64,000 bases of DNA from an uncultured Actinomycetota bacterium (GTDB lineage: Bacteria; Actinomycetota; Actinomycetes; JACCUZ01): positions 206,498-270,497 of the forward strand of contig CAVYTH010000006.1 in the NCBI GenBank assembly GCA_963771345.1, given 5' to 3'. A program made the position numbers and the translations under genes. The notes below the pieces were generated by a model that ran no database searches, was not told the origin of the DNA, and saw only the letters and a list, made by a program, of their open reading frames with translations. This document shows, in pieces, positions 53,148 to 64,000 of this stretch (the first letter of the stretch is position 1; each line of letters opens with the position of its first letter).

Positions 53148-54570
53148 GTGCCAGCCGCGCTACGCCAGGACCTCGCCACGTTCGTCAAGGCGTACGACGT
53201 CCGCGGCACGGTCCCCGACCAGCTGAACGCCGAGGTCGTGCGGGCGCTGGGCGCCGCGTTCGTCCGAGTCGCTGGTGCGGCGGTCAGGCGGCGGCGGCAT
53301 CGTGATCGGTCACGACATGCGGCCCTCCTCGCCCGAGCTCGTCGCGGCCTTCGCCGAGGGCGCCACCGAGCAGGGCGCCGACGTCATCGAGATCGGCCTC
53401 GCCTCGACCGACGAGCTCTACTTCGCCAGCGGCAGCCTCGACCTGCCCGGCGCGATGTTCACGGCCAGCCACAACCCGGCCCAGTACAACGGCATCAAGC
53501 TCTGCCGGGCCGGCGCCCGGCCGATCGGCCAGGACAGCGGCCTCACCGAGATCCGCGACCTGGCCCAGCACGGCGTGCCCGACCCCGACAGCGGGGTCCG
53601 CCGCGGGCAGGTGACCCAGCGGGACGTCCTCCCGGCGTACGCCGAGTACCTGCGGGACCTCGTCGACCTGTCCGCCCAGCGCCGGCTGAAGGTCGTCGTC
53701 GACGCCGGCAACGGGATGGCCGGGCACACCGTGCCGACCGTCCTGGCCGGGCTGCCGGTCGACCTGGTGCCGATGTACTTCGAGCTCGACGGCACGTTCC
53801 CCAACCACGAGGCGAACCCGCTCGACCCGGCCAACCTGGTCGACCTGCAGGCGCGGGTGCGCGAGGAGGGCGCCGACATCGGGCTGGCCTTCGACGGCGA
53901 CGCCGACCGGTGCTTCGTCATCGACGAGCAGGGCGACCCGGTGTCGCCGTCCGCCGTCACGGCGCTGGTCGCCGTCCGCGAGCTGGCCCGGCACCCGGGC
54001 TCCACGGTGATCCACAACCTGATCACCTCCCGCGCGGTGCCCGAGATCGTCGCCGAGCACGGCGGACAGCCGGTGCGCACCCGGGTCGGCCACTCGTTCA
54101 TCAAGGCCGAGATGGAGCGCACCGACGCCGTCTTCGGCGGTGAGCACTCGGCGCACTACTACTTCCGCGACTTCTGGCGCGCCGACACCGGCATGCTGGC
54201 CGCGCTGCACGTCCTCGCCGCGCTGGGGGAGCAGGGCGAGCCGCTGTCCAAGCTCGCCTCGGCGTACGAGCGGTACGTCGCCTCCGGCGAGATCAACAGC
54301 GTGGTCGACGACCAGGCGGCGGCGACCGCGGCCGTGCGCGCGGCGTACGAGAGCCGGCCAGGGGTCGAGGTCGACGAGCTCGACGGCCTGACGCTGACCG
54401 CGGCCGACTGGTGGTTCAACCTGCGGGCCTCCAACACCGAGCCGCTGCTGCGGCTGAACGTCGAGGCGGCCGACGACGAGACCATGCGGCGGGTGCGGGA
54501 CGACGTGCTGGCCACGGTGCGCGGCGGCGACGCCTCGCCGTCCGACGACAACGACGCGAAGGAGAACTGA
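53148..54570 (+). CDS. Phosphomannomutase/phosphoglucomutase. Frame disruption near 53265.
   Basis: GTG start. Active-site TASHNPAQYNGIK, metal-binding FDGDADRC, and sugar-binding GGEHSAHYYF. Confidence 0.85.
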
Positions 54571-54574
54571 GGAC

Positions 54575-54748
54575 GTGCAGCTCGACCCCCGGCTGATGGA
54601 GATCCTGGCCTGCCCGGCCTGCCACGCGACGCTGCGTGCCGACGAGGAGGCCAGCGAGCTGGTCTGCACCTCGACGACCTGCGGGCTGGCCTACCCGGTG
54701 CGCGACGACATCCCGGTCCTGCTGGTGGACGAGGCTCGGCGGCCGTGA
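54575..54748 (+). CDS. Trm112-family small protein
   Basis: GAAGGAG RBS then a GTG start. LEILACPACHATL...LVCTSTTCGLAYPVRDDIPVLL is the Trm112 zinc-ribbon-like signature. Confidence 0.7.
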   Translation: MQLDPRLMEILACPACHATLRADEEASELVCTSTTCGLAYPVRDDIPVLLVDEARRP

Positions 54749-55908
54749 TGCCGCCGGCGGCACCGGACGACGCCGCCCTCGACGACCCGGAGTCGCTGGC
54801 CCGGCTGGACCCGGCCGAGATGCTGCGCGCCGTCGCCACGGCCGGCGCGCAGGTCCGCGAGTCGCTGGTGCGCATCGAGGACGACCTGCTCGCACCGGTG
54901 GCCGCCGACGACCGGCCGCGCGCCGTGCTGGTGGTCGGCATGGGCGGCTCGGGCATCGCCGCCGAGGTCGCCGCTGCCGTGGCCGGCCGCACCTGCCCGG
55001 TGCCCGTGCTGGCCTACCGCGGGTACCGGCTGCCCGGGCTGGGTCGGCCCGATGGACCTCGTCATCGCGGTGTCCTGCTCCGGCAGCACCGAGGAGACGC
55101 TGTCCGCGGCCGACGAGGCGCTGCGCCGGGGTGCCCGGCTGGTGACGGTCGGCGCCCCCGGGTCACCGCTGGCCGAGCGCAGTGCCGGTGGGCCGCGCGG
55201 TGCACCTGCCGGTCGACGCTCAGGGCCGGCTGCCGCGGGCCAACCTGTGGGGCCTCGCCGTGCCGGTCGTGATGACCCTGGACGCCGCCGGCCTGGCCGA
55301 CGTACCGCGCGGGACGCTGGCCGCCCTCGCCGACCAGCTGGACACCGCCGCCGAGCGGTGCGGTCCGGTGGTCGACAGCCTGGCGAACCCGGCGAAGGCG
55401 CTCGCGCTGGAGCTGGCCGGCTCGCTGCCCTACGTGTGGGGAGCCAGCGACATCGCCAACGTCGCGGCGGACCGGACGGCGGCGCAGCTCGCGGAGAACG
55501 CGAAGTACCCCGCGGTGCACGGCCCGCTCACCGAGGTGAGCCACAACCAGGTCGTGGTGATGGCCGGCGCCTTCGGGACCCTCGCGGCCGACGACGACGA
55601 CATCTTCCGGGACCGGGTCGACGACGCGCCCGCCTGGCCGCGGATGCGGCTGCTGCTGCTGCGTGACAACGACGAGGTGCCGGAGGTCGCGGCCCGCGCG
55701 GACGCGTCGCGCGAGGTCGCCGAGCACTACGGCGTCCCGTGCACCGAGCTGCGCGCCGAGGGTGACCACCCCCTGCTGCGGCTGGCCAGCCTCGTGGCAC
55801 CGTTGGACTTCGCCAGCGTCTACCTGGCCCTCGTCCAGGGCATCGACCCGTCGCCCGTCGAACCGATCGTCGTCCTCGACGGGCGGCAGCACCGGAGGAG
55901 TTCTGTGA
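54748..55908 (+). CDS. SIS-domain bifunctional phosphoglucose/phosphomannose isomerase-like protein. Three or more frame disruptions (~55040, ~55190, ~55900).
   Basis: AVLVVGMGGSGIAAEVAAAV...MDLVIAVSCSGSTEETLSAADEALRRGARLVTV...VWGASDIANVAADRTAAQLAENAKYPA across three frames. The stop TGA 55906-55908 overlaps the CDF GTG start. Confidence 0.65.
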
Positions 55909-56858
55909 GTGCGTCAGGTGGTACCAGGGCGATCGTCGCCGCGCTCTTCGCCAACATCGGCATCGCGATCACGAAGTTCATCGCGTTCCTGCTGACCGGC
56001 TCGTCCTCGATGCTGGCCGAGTCGATCCACTCGGTCGCCGACTCCGGCAACCAGGGGCTGCTGCTCGTCGGCGGGCGACGCGCCCGCCGCGAGGCCACCC
56101 CCGAGCACCCCTTCGGCTACGGCCGCGAGCGCTACATCTACGCCTTCATCGTCTCCATCGTGCTGTTCAGCGTCGGCGGCCTGTTCGCGCTGTACGAGGG
56201 CTACCACAAGCTCCAGCACCCGGAGCCGATCGACGCCTGGCAGTGGGTTCCGGTGACGGTGCTGCTCGTCGCCATCGGCCTGGAGAGCTTCTCGTTCCGC
56301 ACCGCGATCGTGGAGTCCAACCAGGTCCGCGGCGACCTCAGCTGGGTGCAGTTCGTGCGGCGGGCAAAGGCGCCCGAGCTCCCCGTCGTCCTGCTGGAGG
56401 ACCTCGGCGCGCTGGTCGGCCTGGTCCTCGCGCTCTTCGGTGTCGGCCTGACGCTCATCACCGGCGACGGCACGTGGGACGGCATCGGGACCATCTGCAT
56501 CGGCGTCCTGCTCGTGGTCATCGCCTTCGTGCTCGCGCTCGAGACCAAGAGCCTGCTGCTCGGCGAGGGCGCCACCCCGGAGGCCCTGGGTCGGATCGAG
56601 GCGGCGCTGGTGGCCGACGACTCGGTGCGGCGCATCATCCACATGAAGACGATGCACATCGGGCCGGACGAGCTGCTGGTCGCCGCCAAGATCGCGGTGG
56701 CGCCCACGGACAGCGCGGCCGAGATCGCCCGCGTGATCGACGCTGCGGAGGTGCGGATCCGCGAGGCCGAGCCGGTGGCGCGGATGATCTACCTCGAGCC
56801 CGACATCGAGCGCGACACCACGAGCCAGTCGCCGGCGCCGGGCACTGCGCGGACATGA
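55905..56858 (+). CDS. Cation diffusion facilitator (CDF) family transporter
   Basis: GGAGGAG RBS. AALFANIGIAITKFIAFLLTGSSSMLAESIHSVADSGNQ, the CDF signature. Six TM helices plus a C-terminal cytoplasmic domain. Intact. Confidence 0.85.
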   Translation: MSASGGTRAIVAALFANIGIAITKFIAFLLTGSSSMLAESIHSVADSGNQGLLLVGGRRARREATPEHPFGYGRERYIYAFIVSIVLFSVGGLFALYEGYHKLQHPEPIDAWQWVPVTVLLVAIGLESFSFRTAIVESNQVRGDLSWVQFVRRAKAPELPVVLLEDLGALVGLVLALFGVGLTLITGDGTWDGIGTICIGVLLVVIAFVLALETKSLLLGEGATPEALGRIEAALVADDSVRRIIHMKTMHIGPDELLVAAKIAVAPTDSAAEIARVIDAAEVRIREAEPVARMIYLEPDIERDTTSQSPAPGTART

Positions 56859-56877
56859 CCTGAGCGGCGATCGCGGC

Positions 56878-56883
56878 TAGAAT
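56878..56883 (+). promoter_or_regulatory. TAGAAT -10-like hexamer at the head of a ~210-nt GC-rich leader preceding ahcY
   Basis: TANNNT-type actinobacterial -10 consensus. No SAH-riboswitch consensus is recognisable in the leader. Confidence 0.25.
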
Positions 56884-57094
56884 GGGTGCCGCACGTCATC
56901 GGCGTCACTGATGGGAGGCCCGGAGGGGCCGCGCCGGGGCAGCATCACCGTCGTACGCCGTCTGGTCGCGCCTCGCGCCGACCGACCGAAGCCGCGACCG
57001 CTGCCCACCGCCCCATACGCCCGCTTGCGCCCCCGCTGCACTCCCGAGCGACGGCGCGACCGCACCGACGCACACGTCTGGAGTTGAAGTACGG

Positions 57095-58579
<1,485 letters not shown>

Positions 58580-58606
58580 TCGACCGGTAGCACGCACGCG
58601 ACGTCC

Positions 58607-58639
58607 GACGGCGCCGTCCCCACTGGGGGCGGCGCCGTC
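58607..58639 (+). terminator. Hairpin GACGGCGCCGTCCCC-ACTG-GGGGCGGCGCCGTC, 28 nt after the ahcY stop, followed by two imperfect ~20-nt direct repeats.
   Basis: Inverted repeat seen directly. There is no U-tract, as is usual in high-GC actinomycetes. Confidence 0.45.
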
Positions 58640-58859
58640 GTCAGTGCGCGCGCGCCGTCATCAGTGTGCGGGCGGCGCCGTCGTCGTTGTCTGGCCGGCT
58701 GCCGGCTGTCCGAGAACGTCGGCCGTCGGCAAAGGACGTGGATGTCGACTGAAGTGGACCGGCCGTGGTGCGGCGACCGCTGCCGGTCCGCTTCGGGTGC
58801 GGGCCGGCGCCGCGGTCGCTGGTGCCGGTCCGGTGTCGACGCTGCCGGTCGCTCAGGCG

Positions 58860-59561
58860 CTAGGAGCCGGCGCCCTGGTCGCCGCGCACGATCCCGCTGG
58901 CGATGTCGCGCAGCTTGCGGTTGAGCCGCTGGGAGGCGTTGCTCAGCAGCTCGAACGCCTGGTCCTGGGTGATCTTGTGAGTGGCCATCAGGATGCCGAC
59001 GGCGGCGCCGATCTCGCGGTTGGTCGCCATGCCGACCTCGAGCTGCTCGGCGCGCGCGGCGTGCCCGGCGCCGGACAGTGCGACGGAGGCGAACGCCGCG
59101 AGGATGGCGGCGTTGTCGACCGCCTCGCTGTCGAAGGCGTCGGTGCTGTCGGCGAAGACGTTCAGCGCCCCCGAGCGCCGGCCCTCGTCGACGAGCGGCA
59201 CCGCGAGCATCGCGCGCACCGGCGTGCGCTCGACCACGATCGCGGCCAGCCTCGGCCACTTCGAGCCGGTGACGATGTCGTTGTCGACCTGCGCCACGTT
59301 GTCGACGCTGGCCTCGAGGCAGGGCCCCTCGCCCACCTCGTTCTGCAGCTCGTCGATCAGGCGCATGATGTCGTCGGTCGCCGCCGCGGACCTGAACCGC
59401 TCGCCGTCCAGGACGCCGATCGCGGCGCGGTCGCAGCCGTCGATGAGCTGCACGGCCGACTCGACCACGATCTGCTGGATCTCGTCCGCGCTCTTGCCGT
59501 TCCGAAGCCGCTGCGCGAGGACAGCGAACTGCTCCGGAGGCGTCATGTCGTGCGCGCTCAT
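58860..59561 (-). CDS. GAF plus ANTAR domain RNA-binding regulator
   Basis: N-terminal GAF-like region and a C-terminal ANTAR (MATNREIGAAVGILMATHKITQDQAFELLSNASQRLNRKLRDIA). Intact. Confidence 0.8.
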   Translation of the reverse strand: MSAHDMTPPEQFAVLAQRLRNGKSADEIQQIVVESAVQLIDGCDRAAIGVLDGERFRSAAATDDIMRLIDELQNEVGEGPCLEASVDNVAQVDNDIVTGSKWPRLAAIVVERTPVRAMLAVPLVDEGRRSGALNVFADSTDAFDSEAVDNAAILAAFASVALSGAGHAARAEQLEVGMATNREIGAAVGILMATHKITQDQAFELLSNASQRLNRKLRDIASGIVRGDQGAGS

Positions 59562-59653
59562 CTGCGGATATCCCGTCCCGCCCGGCCCGTGAACCGGGCC
59601 GCCCGTGGTGTCGACCGCTGCTCGACCGACGCGCAGGATGCTACGTCACCGGG

Positions 59654-60601
59654 TCAGGACGGCGGGGCAAAGGTCCGGTCGTCCGGTGGGCCGCCCGGGG
59701 CAGTCGGCGGGGGTGCGGCTGCCGGGGGGGCGGCGGGCGGGGGTGCGGCCGGCGGCGGGGCTGCCCACGGTGGCGCGGCGGGCTGCGGTGGGCCGGCGTA
59801 CGTCGGGGGAGGGGGCGGTGCGTTGACGAACGACGGGCCGCCCGGCGCGCCCAGCCGGGTGAGCTCCCGGCGCCGCCGCTCGGCGAGCACCGCCGACAGG
59901 AACGCCCACACCGGGACCCCGGGCGGCGGGGGCGGTGCGGTGACCCGGGCCAGCGCGCTGGCCAGCGAGGCACCCATCTCGTCACGCACCGGCGGGGACA
60001 GCTCGTGGGCCCGGGCGAGGAACTGCCGGGCGGCCAGCGCGAGGTCGTCCGGGACCCGCGACAGGTCCAGCCCGGCGGCCCAGCCGGCCAGCTGCGGCGG
60101 CATCGTGGCCATCGGCGAGGCGCGCACCGGCACCCGCTCGTGCACCACCACCGTGCCGCCCAGGTAGTCGCCGAGCCGCCGGCCCTGCGACGACGCGAGC
60201 GAGGCGATCAGCGCGACGGAGCCGAAGGTCAGCCAGATCTCGACCACGCCGATCAGGGCCCGGACGAACGACTGCCGGAAGCGCACCGGGCCGCCGTCCT
60301 CGCGCAGCACCCGCAGTCCGAGCGCCAGCTTGCCCAGCGAGCGGCCGCGAGTCGCGGTCTCGAACGCCACCGGGTAGCCGACGATCACGGCCACGAAGAA
60401 CGTCAGGCTCAGGGCGGCGGCGAGGGCCTCGTCGACGAAGGTGACCGTCCCGCCGAGCACCAGGACACCGATCAGCAGGAGGACCAGCTGCACCGCGATG
60501 TCGATCGCCAGTGCCAGCGAGCGGCTGGCGAGCTTGGCCAGCCGCATCTCGAGCATCACCGCCTCGCCGGTGACCAGGTCGCTCACGCCGTGCACCCCCA
60601 T
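59654..60601 (-). CDS. RDD-family membrane protein with a proline-rich C-terminal tail
   Basis: RDD-domain TM region followed by PPPPPTYAGPPQPAAPPWAAPPPAAPPPAAPP. Confidence 0.7.
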   Translation of the reverse strand: MGVHGVSDLVTGEAVMLEMRLAKLASRSLALAIDIAVQLVLLLIGVLVLGGTVTFVDEALAAALSLTFFVAVIVGYPVAFETATRGRSLGKLALGLRVLREDGGPVRFRQSFVRALIGVVEIWLTFGSVALIASLASSQGRRLGDYLGGTVVVHERVPVRASPMATMPPQLAGWAAGLDLSRVPDDLALAARQFLARAHELSPPVRDEMGASLASALARVTAPPPPPGVPVWAFLSAVLAERRRRELTRLGAPGGPSFVNAPPPPPTYAGPPQPAAPPWAAPPPAAPPPAAPPAAAPPPTAPGGPPDDRTFAPPS

Positions 60602-60648
60602 GTCGTGGTGAGCCTGCAGGTTAGTCTGCGGCAGACAACGGGCCGGGG

Positions 60649-61668
60649 GTGGTGAGCGTGGACATCGACGCGTACGTCGCCGCGCACCGCGGCGAGTGGG
60701 ACCGGCTGGACCAGCTGGTACGCCGGGCCGGGCGCGGTCGCGGCAGCCTGGACGGCGCCGAGGTCGACGAGCTCGTCACGCTCTACCAGCGGGTCAACAC
60801 CCACCTGTCCGCGGTGCGCTCGTCGACCCCGGACCCGGCGTTGCTCGCGCGGCTGTCGACGCTGGTCGGCCGGGCGCGCTCGGTCGTCACCGGCTCGCAG
60901 CGACCCGCCTGGAAGGACGCCGCCCGGTTCTTCGTCGTGTCCTACCCGGCGGCGCTCTACCGGAGCATGCGGTGGTGGGTGGCGGTCGGCGTCGCGTTCA
61001 CGGTCGTCGGGCTGATCGTCGGTGCCTGGGTGGCCGGCAGCACCGAGGTGCAGGCGACGATCGCCGCGCCCGAGCAGATCCGCCAGCTGGTGGAGCACGA
61101 CTTCGAGGACTACTACTCGTCCGCGCCGGCCGGCTCGTTCGCCGCGAAGGTCGCGACCAACAACGCCTGGGTGGCTGCCCTGGCGCTGGCCCTGGGCATC
61201 TTCCTGTTGCCCGTGGTGTGGATCCTCTGGACCAACGCGCTGAACGTCGGCATCGCCGCCGGGCTGATGGCGGCCAACGACCGGCTCGGGCTGTTCTTCG
61301 GGCTGATCCTGCCGCACGGGCTGCTCGAGCTGACGTGTGTCTTCGTCGCCGCGGGGGCGGGGCTGCGGGTCGGCTGGTCGTGGATCGACCCCGGGCCGCG
61401 CACCCGGTCCCGGGCGCTGCGCGAGGAGGGGCAGGCCGCCGGCGCGCTGGCCATCGGGCTCGCTGCGACGCTGTTCGTCTCCGGCGTCGTCGAGGCCTTC
61501 GTCACGCCGTCCGGGCTGCCCACCTGGGCCCGGATCGGCATCGGCGCGACCCTGTGGCTGAGCTTCCTGCTGTACGTCGTCGTGCTCGGCGGCCGCGCGG
61601 TCCGGGCCGGCGAGATCGGTGACGTCCGCGGCGCCGGCGCCACCGACATGGCCCCCTCCGCCGGCTGA
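60649..61668 (+). CDS. Stage II sporulation protein M-like (SpoIIM/DUF95) membrane protein
   Basis: GTG start. 339-aa intact ORF with about six TM helices. This is the typical partner of RDD and DUF58 in actinomycete clusters. Confidence 0.65.
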   Translation: MVSVDIDAYVAAHRGEWDRLDQLVRRAGRGRGSLDGAEVDELVTLYQRVNTHLSAVRSSTPDPALLARLSTLVGRARSVVTGSQRPAWKDAARFFVVSYPAALYRSMRWWVAVGVAFTVVGLIVGAWVAGSTEVQATIAAPEQIRQLVEHDFEDYYSSAPAGSFAAKVATNNAWVAALALALGIFLLPVVWILWTNALNVGIAAGLMAANDRLGLFFGLILPHGLLELTCVFVAAGAGLRVGWSWIDPGPRTRSRALREEGQAAGALAIGLAATLFVSGVVEAFVTPSGLPTWARIGIGATLWLSFLLYVVVLGGRAVRAGEIGDVRGAGATDMAPSAG

Positions 61669-61672
61669 CGCT

Positions 61673-61731
61673 TCGAGTGGCGCGTTGGCACAGCTTTCCG
61701 CCACTGGAACCTGTCCGAACGCGCCACTCAA
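61673..61731. repeat. 59-nt palindromic intergenic element, copy B (inverted relative to copy A). It overlaps the DUF58 stop codon.
   Basis: TCGAGTGGCGCGTT…CTGGAACCTGT…GAACGCGCCACTCAA, between the convergent ends of the SpoIIM-like gene (+) and DUF58 (-). Confidence 0.6.
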
Positions 61732-63041
61732 CGGGTGGGGTGCAGAGCCGGCCGGCGGCCTTGAGGGCGAGGTAGCGGTCGGCCAGGTCCGGGGCCAGGG
61801 TGGTCGGTCCGCTGTCGACGACCTCGACGCCGCGCCGGCCCAGCAGCTCGGCGAGCCGGCGCCGCTCGGCCCGGGCCCGCTCGGCGGCGGCCGCGTCGTA
61901 CGACCGCCTCGGCGTCGCCCCGGCTGCCGGCCATCTCCCGGATCCGCGGGTCGGCGACCGAGGCGATCACCACCTGGTGGCGGTGCACCAGCGGGGCCAG
62001 GACCGGCAGCAGCCCCGCCTCGACCGGCGCGGTGTCCAGGGCGGTGAGCAGCACGACCAGGCTGCGCCGCGAGGAGCGCGCCAGGATCGTGCGCACCATG
62101 CCGGCGTAGTCCGGCTCGACGAGCGCCGGCTCGAGCGGCGCCATCGCGGTGACCAGCGCGGGCAGCAGGCCGGACGCCGGCCACGCCGTCGACCCGGGCC
62201 CGCACCGTGCGGTCGTAGGCGAGCAGGTCGACCCGGTCACCGGCCCGCGCGGCCAGCGCGGCCAGCAGCAGCGCGGCATCCATCGCCGCGTCCAGCCGCG
62301 GGGCGTCGCCGACCCGGGCCGCCGCCGTCCGCCCGCAGTCGAGCACGAGCAGCACCCGGCGGTCCCGCTCCGGCCGCCAGGTGCGGACCATCACGTCGGC
62401 GGCCCGGGCCGTGGCGCGCCAGTCGATGGACCGCACGTCGTCGCCGCCGACGTACTCGCGCAGCGAGTCGAACTCGGTGCCCTGCCCGCGCACCATCACC
62501 GCGGTCCGGCCGTCGAGCTCGCGCAGCCGGGCCAGCCGCGACGGCAGGTGCCGCCGCGAGGTGAACGGCGGCAGCACCCGCACCCGCCACGGCACGTCGT
62601 GCGAGCCCTGCCGGCCGGCCAGGCCGAGCGGGCCGAGCGAGCGCACCGTGACCCGGGCCGCGGGCCGGTCGCCGCGGCGGGTGGGCCGCAGCACGGTGGT
62701 CAGCCGCCGCCGTTCGCCCGGCCGGTACGTCGAGCCGGTGCCGCTGCTGCGCGGCGCCGGCGCTGGGCGGCCAGGCGTCGCGCAGCCGGCCGCGCACCCG
62801 GCGTCCCGACGGGTTGGTCACGGTGAGCCGCACCTCCGCGCGCTCGCCGAGCCGGACCGCGGCGTCGCCGTCGCGCTCGAGCCGCAGCGGGCGCACCGGC
62901 CCGGCCAGCGCGACGTCGACGGCCAGCAGCAGCAGCGAGCACCGCGGTGACCAGCAGCACGCCCAGCCCCGACGGGACCAGCAGCCCGACGACGGCCGCG
63001 GCGGCGATCCCCGCGAGCCCGGCCCGCCCGGTCAGCGCCAC
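61728..63041 (-). CDS. DUF58-domain protein (MoxR-associated). Three or more frame disruptions.
   Basis: N-terminal TM segment [22 protein letters not shown]. ...[26 protein letters not shown].... Then [83 protein letters not shown], the vWA-like DUF58 core. Confidence 0.7.
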
Positions 63042-63062
63042 GTGTCAGTCCCACGCCGTCAG

Positions 63063-64000
<938 letters not shown>

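Noticed and set aside
56884-57094. Possible SAH riboswitch in the ahcY leader
   Set aside because: The conserved SAH-riboswitch core elements (AGGAGCGCUGC / CAGGCUCG / AACGGCGCUC) are not present. Only a long GC-rich leader and a TAGAAT box are seen.

Overview
This is a 64 kb window of very high-GC (~72%) actinobacterial chromosome. About 60 protein genes are densely packed on both strands. I found no rRNA, tRNA, CRISPR array or transposase.

Content by region:
- 1-14 kb: a wall-glycopolymer (teichoic-acid-like) cluster with three TagF-family CDP-glycerol glycerophosphotransferase genes. Two of them are GT2-TagF bifunctional. The cluster also holds a GT4 glycosyltransferase, two PAPS-type sulfotransferases and a secreted thermonuclease with two lamin-tail domains.
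- 15.6-18.1 kb: a rifamycin-resistance island. It has a canonical RAE inverted repeat (GGGGCTTGCGGCAAGGCCCC, the rifampin-associated element) upstream of a Rox-type rifampin monooxygenase. Abutting it is a 5'-truncated chloramphenicol-phosphotransferase-like remnant.
- 18.7-37.7 kb: cell-envelope genes. These are a GT-C-like membrane protein, scoAB, an LCP ligase with its TIGR03089 partner, a large amidase, a GT2 plus flippase-like pair, a SpoIID/LytB-domain protein with FG-GAP-like repeats, and two GT4 genes.
- 37.7-58.6 kb: a block in the gene order seen around M. tuberculosis Rv3248c-Rv3267. It runs manC, DUF3105, alkA-like, fbiB, fbiA, whiB, a GT2-membrane protein, DUF5719, an ABC-2 exporter with a LiaS/NarL-type two-component pair, a metallopeptidase, DUF3499, a Zn-ribbon protein, phosphomannomutase, Trm112, a SIS-domain PGI/PMI, a CDF transporter and ahcY.
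- 58.8-64 kb: a GAF/ANTAR regulator, an RDD protein, a SpoIIM-like protein, DUF58 and MoxR (runs off the 3' edge).

Notable observations:
- Roughly 45-50 frame disruptions across about 30 genes, including essential ones, plus one in-frame TAG. Most need removal of one base in a G/C run. I read these as homopolymer over-call sequencing errors rather than pseudogenes.
- A 59-nt palindromic intergenic repeat, present twice in opposite orientations.
- A two-sulfotransferase teichoic-acid-like cluster, which suggests a sulfated wall polymer. One sulfotransferase has a lysine-rich C-terminal tail.
- A possible pentapeptide-DinB fusion created by a frameshift.
- Several conserved hairpins and candidate promoters.
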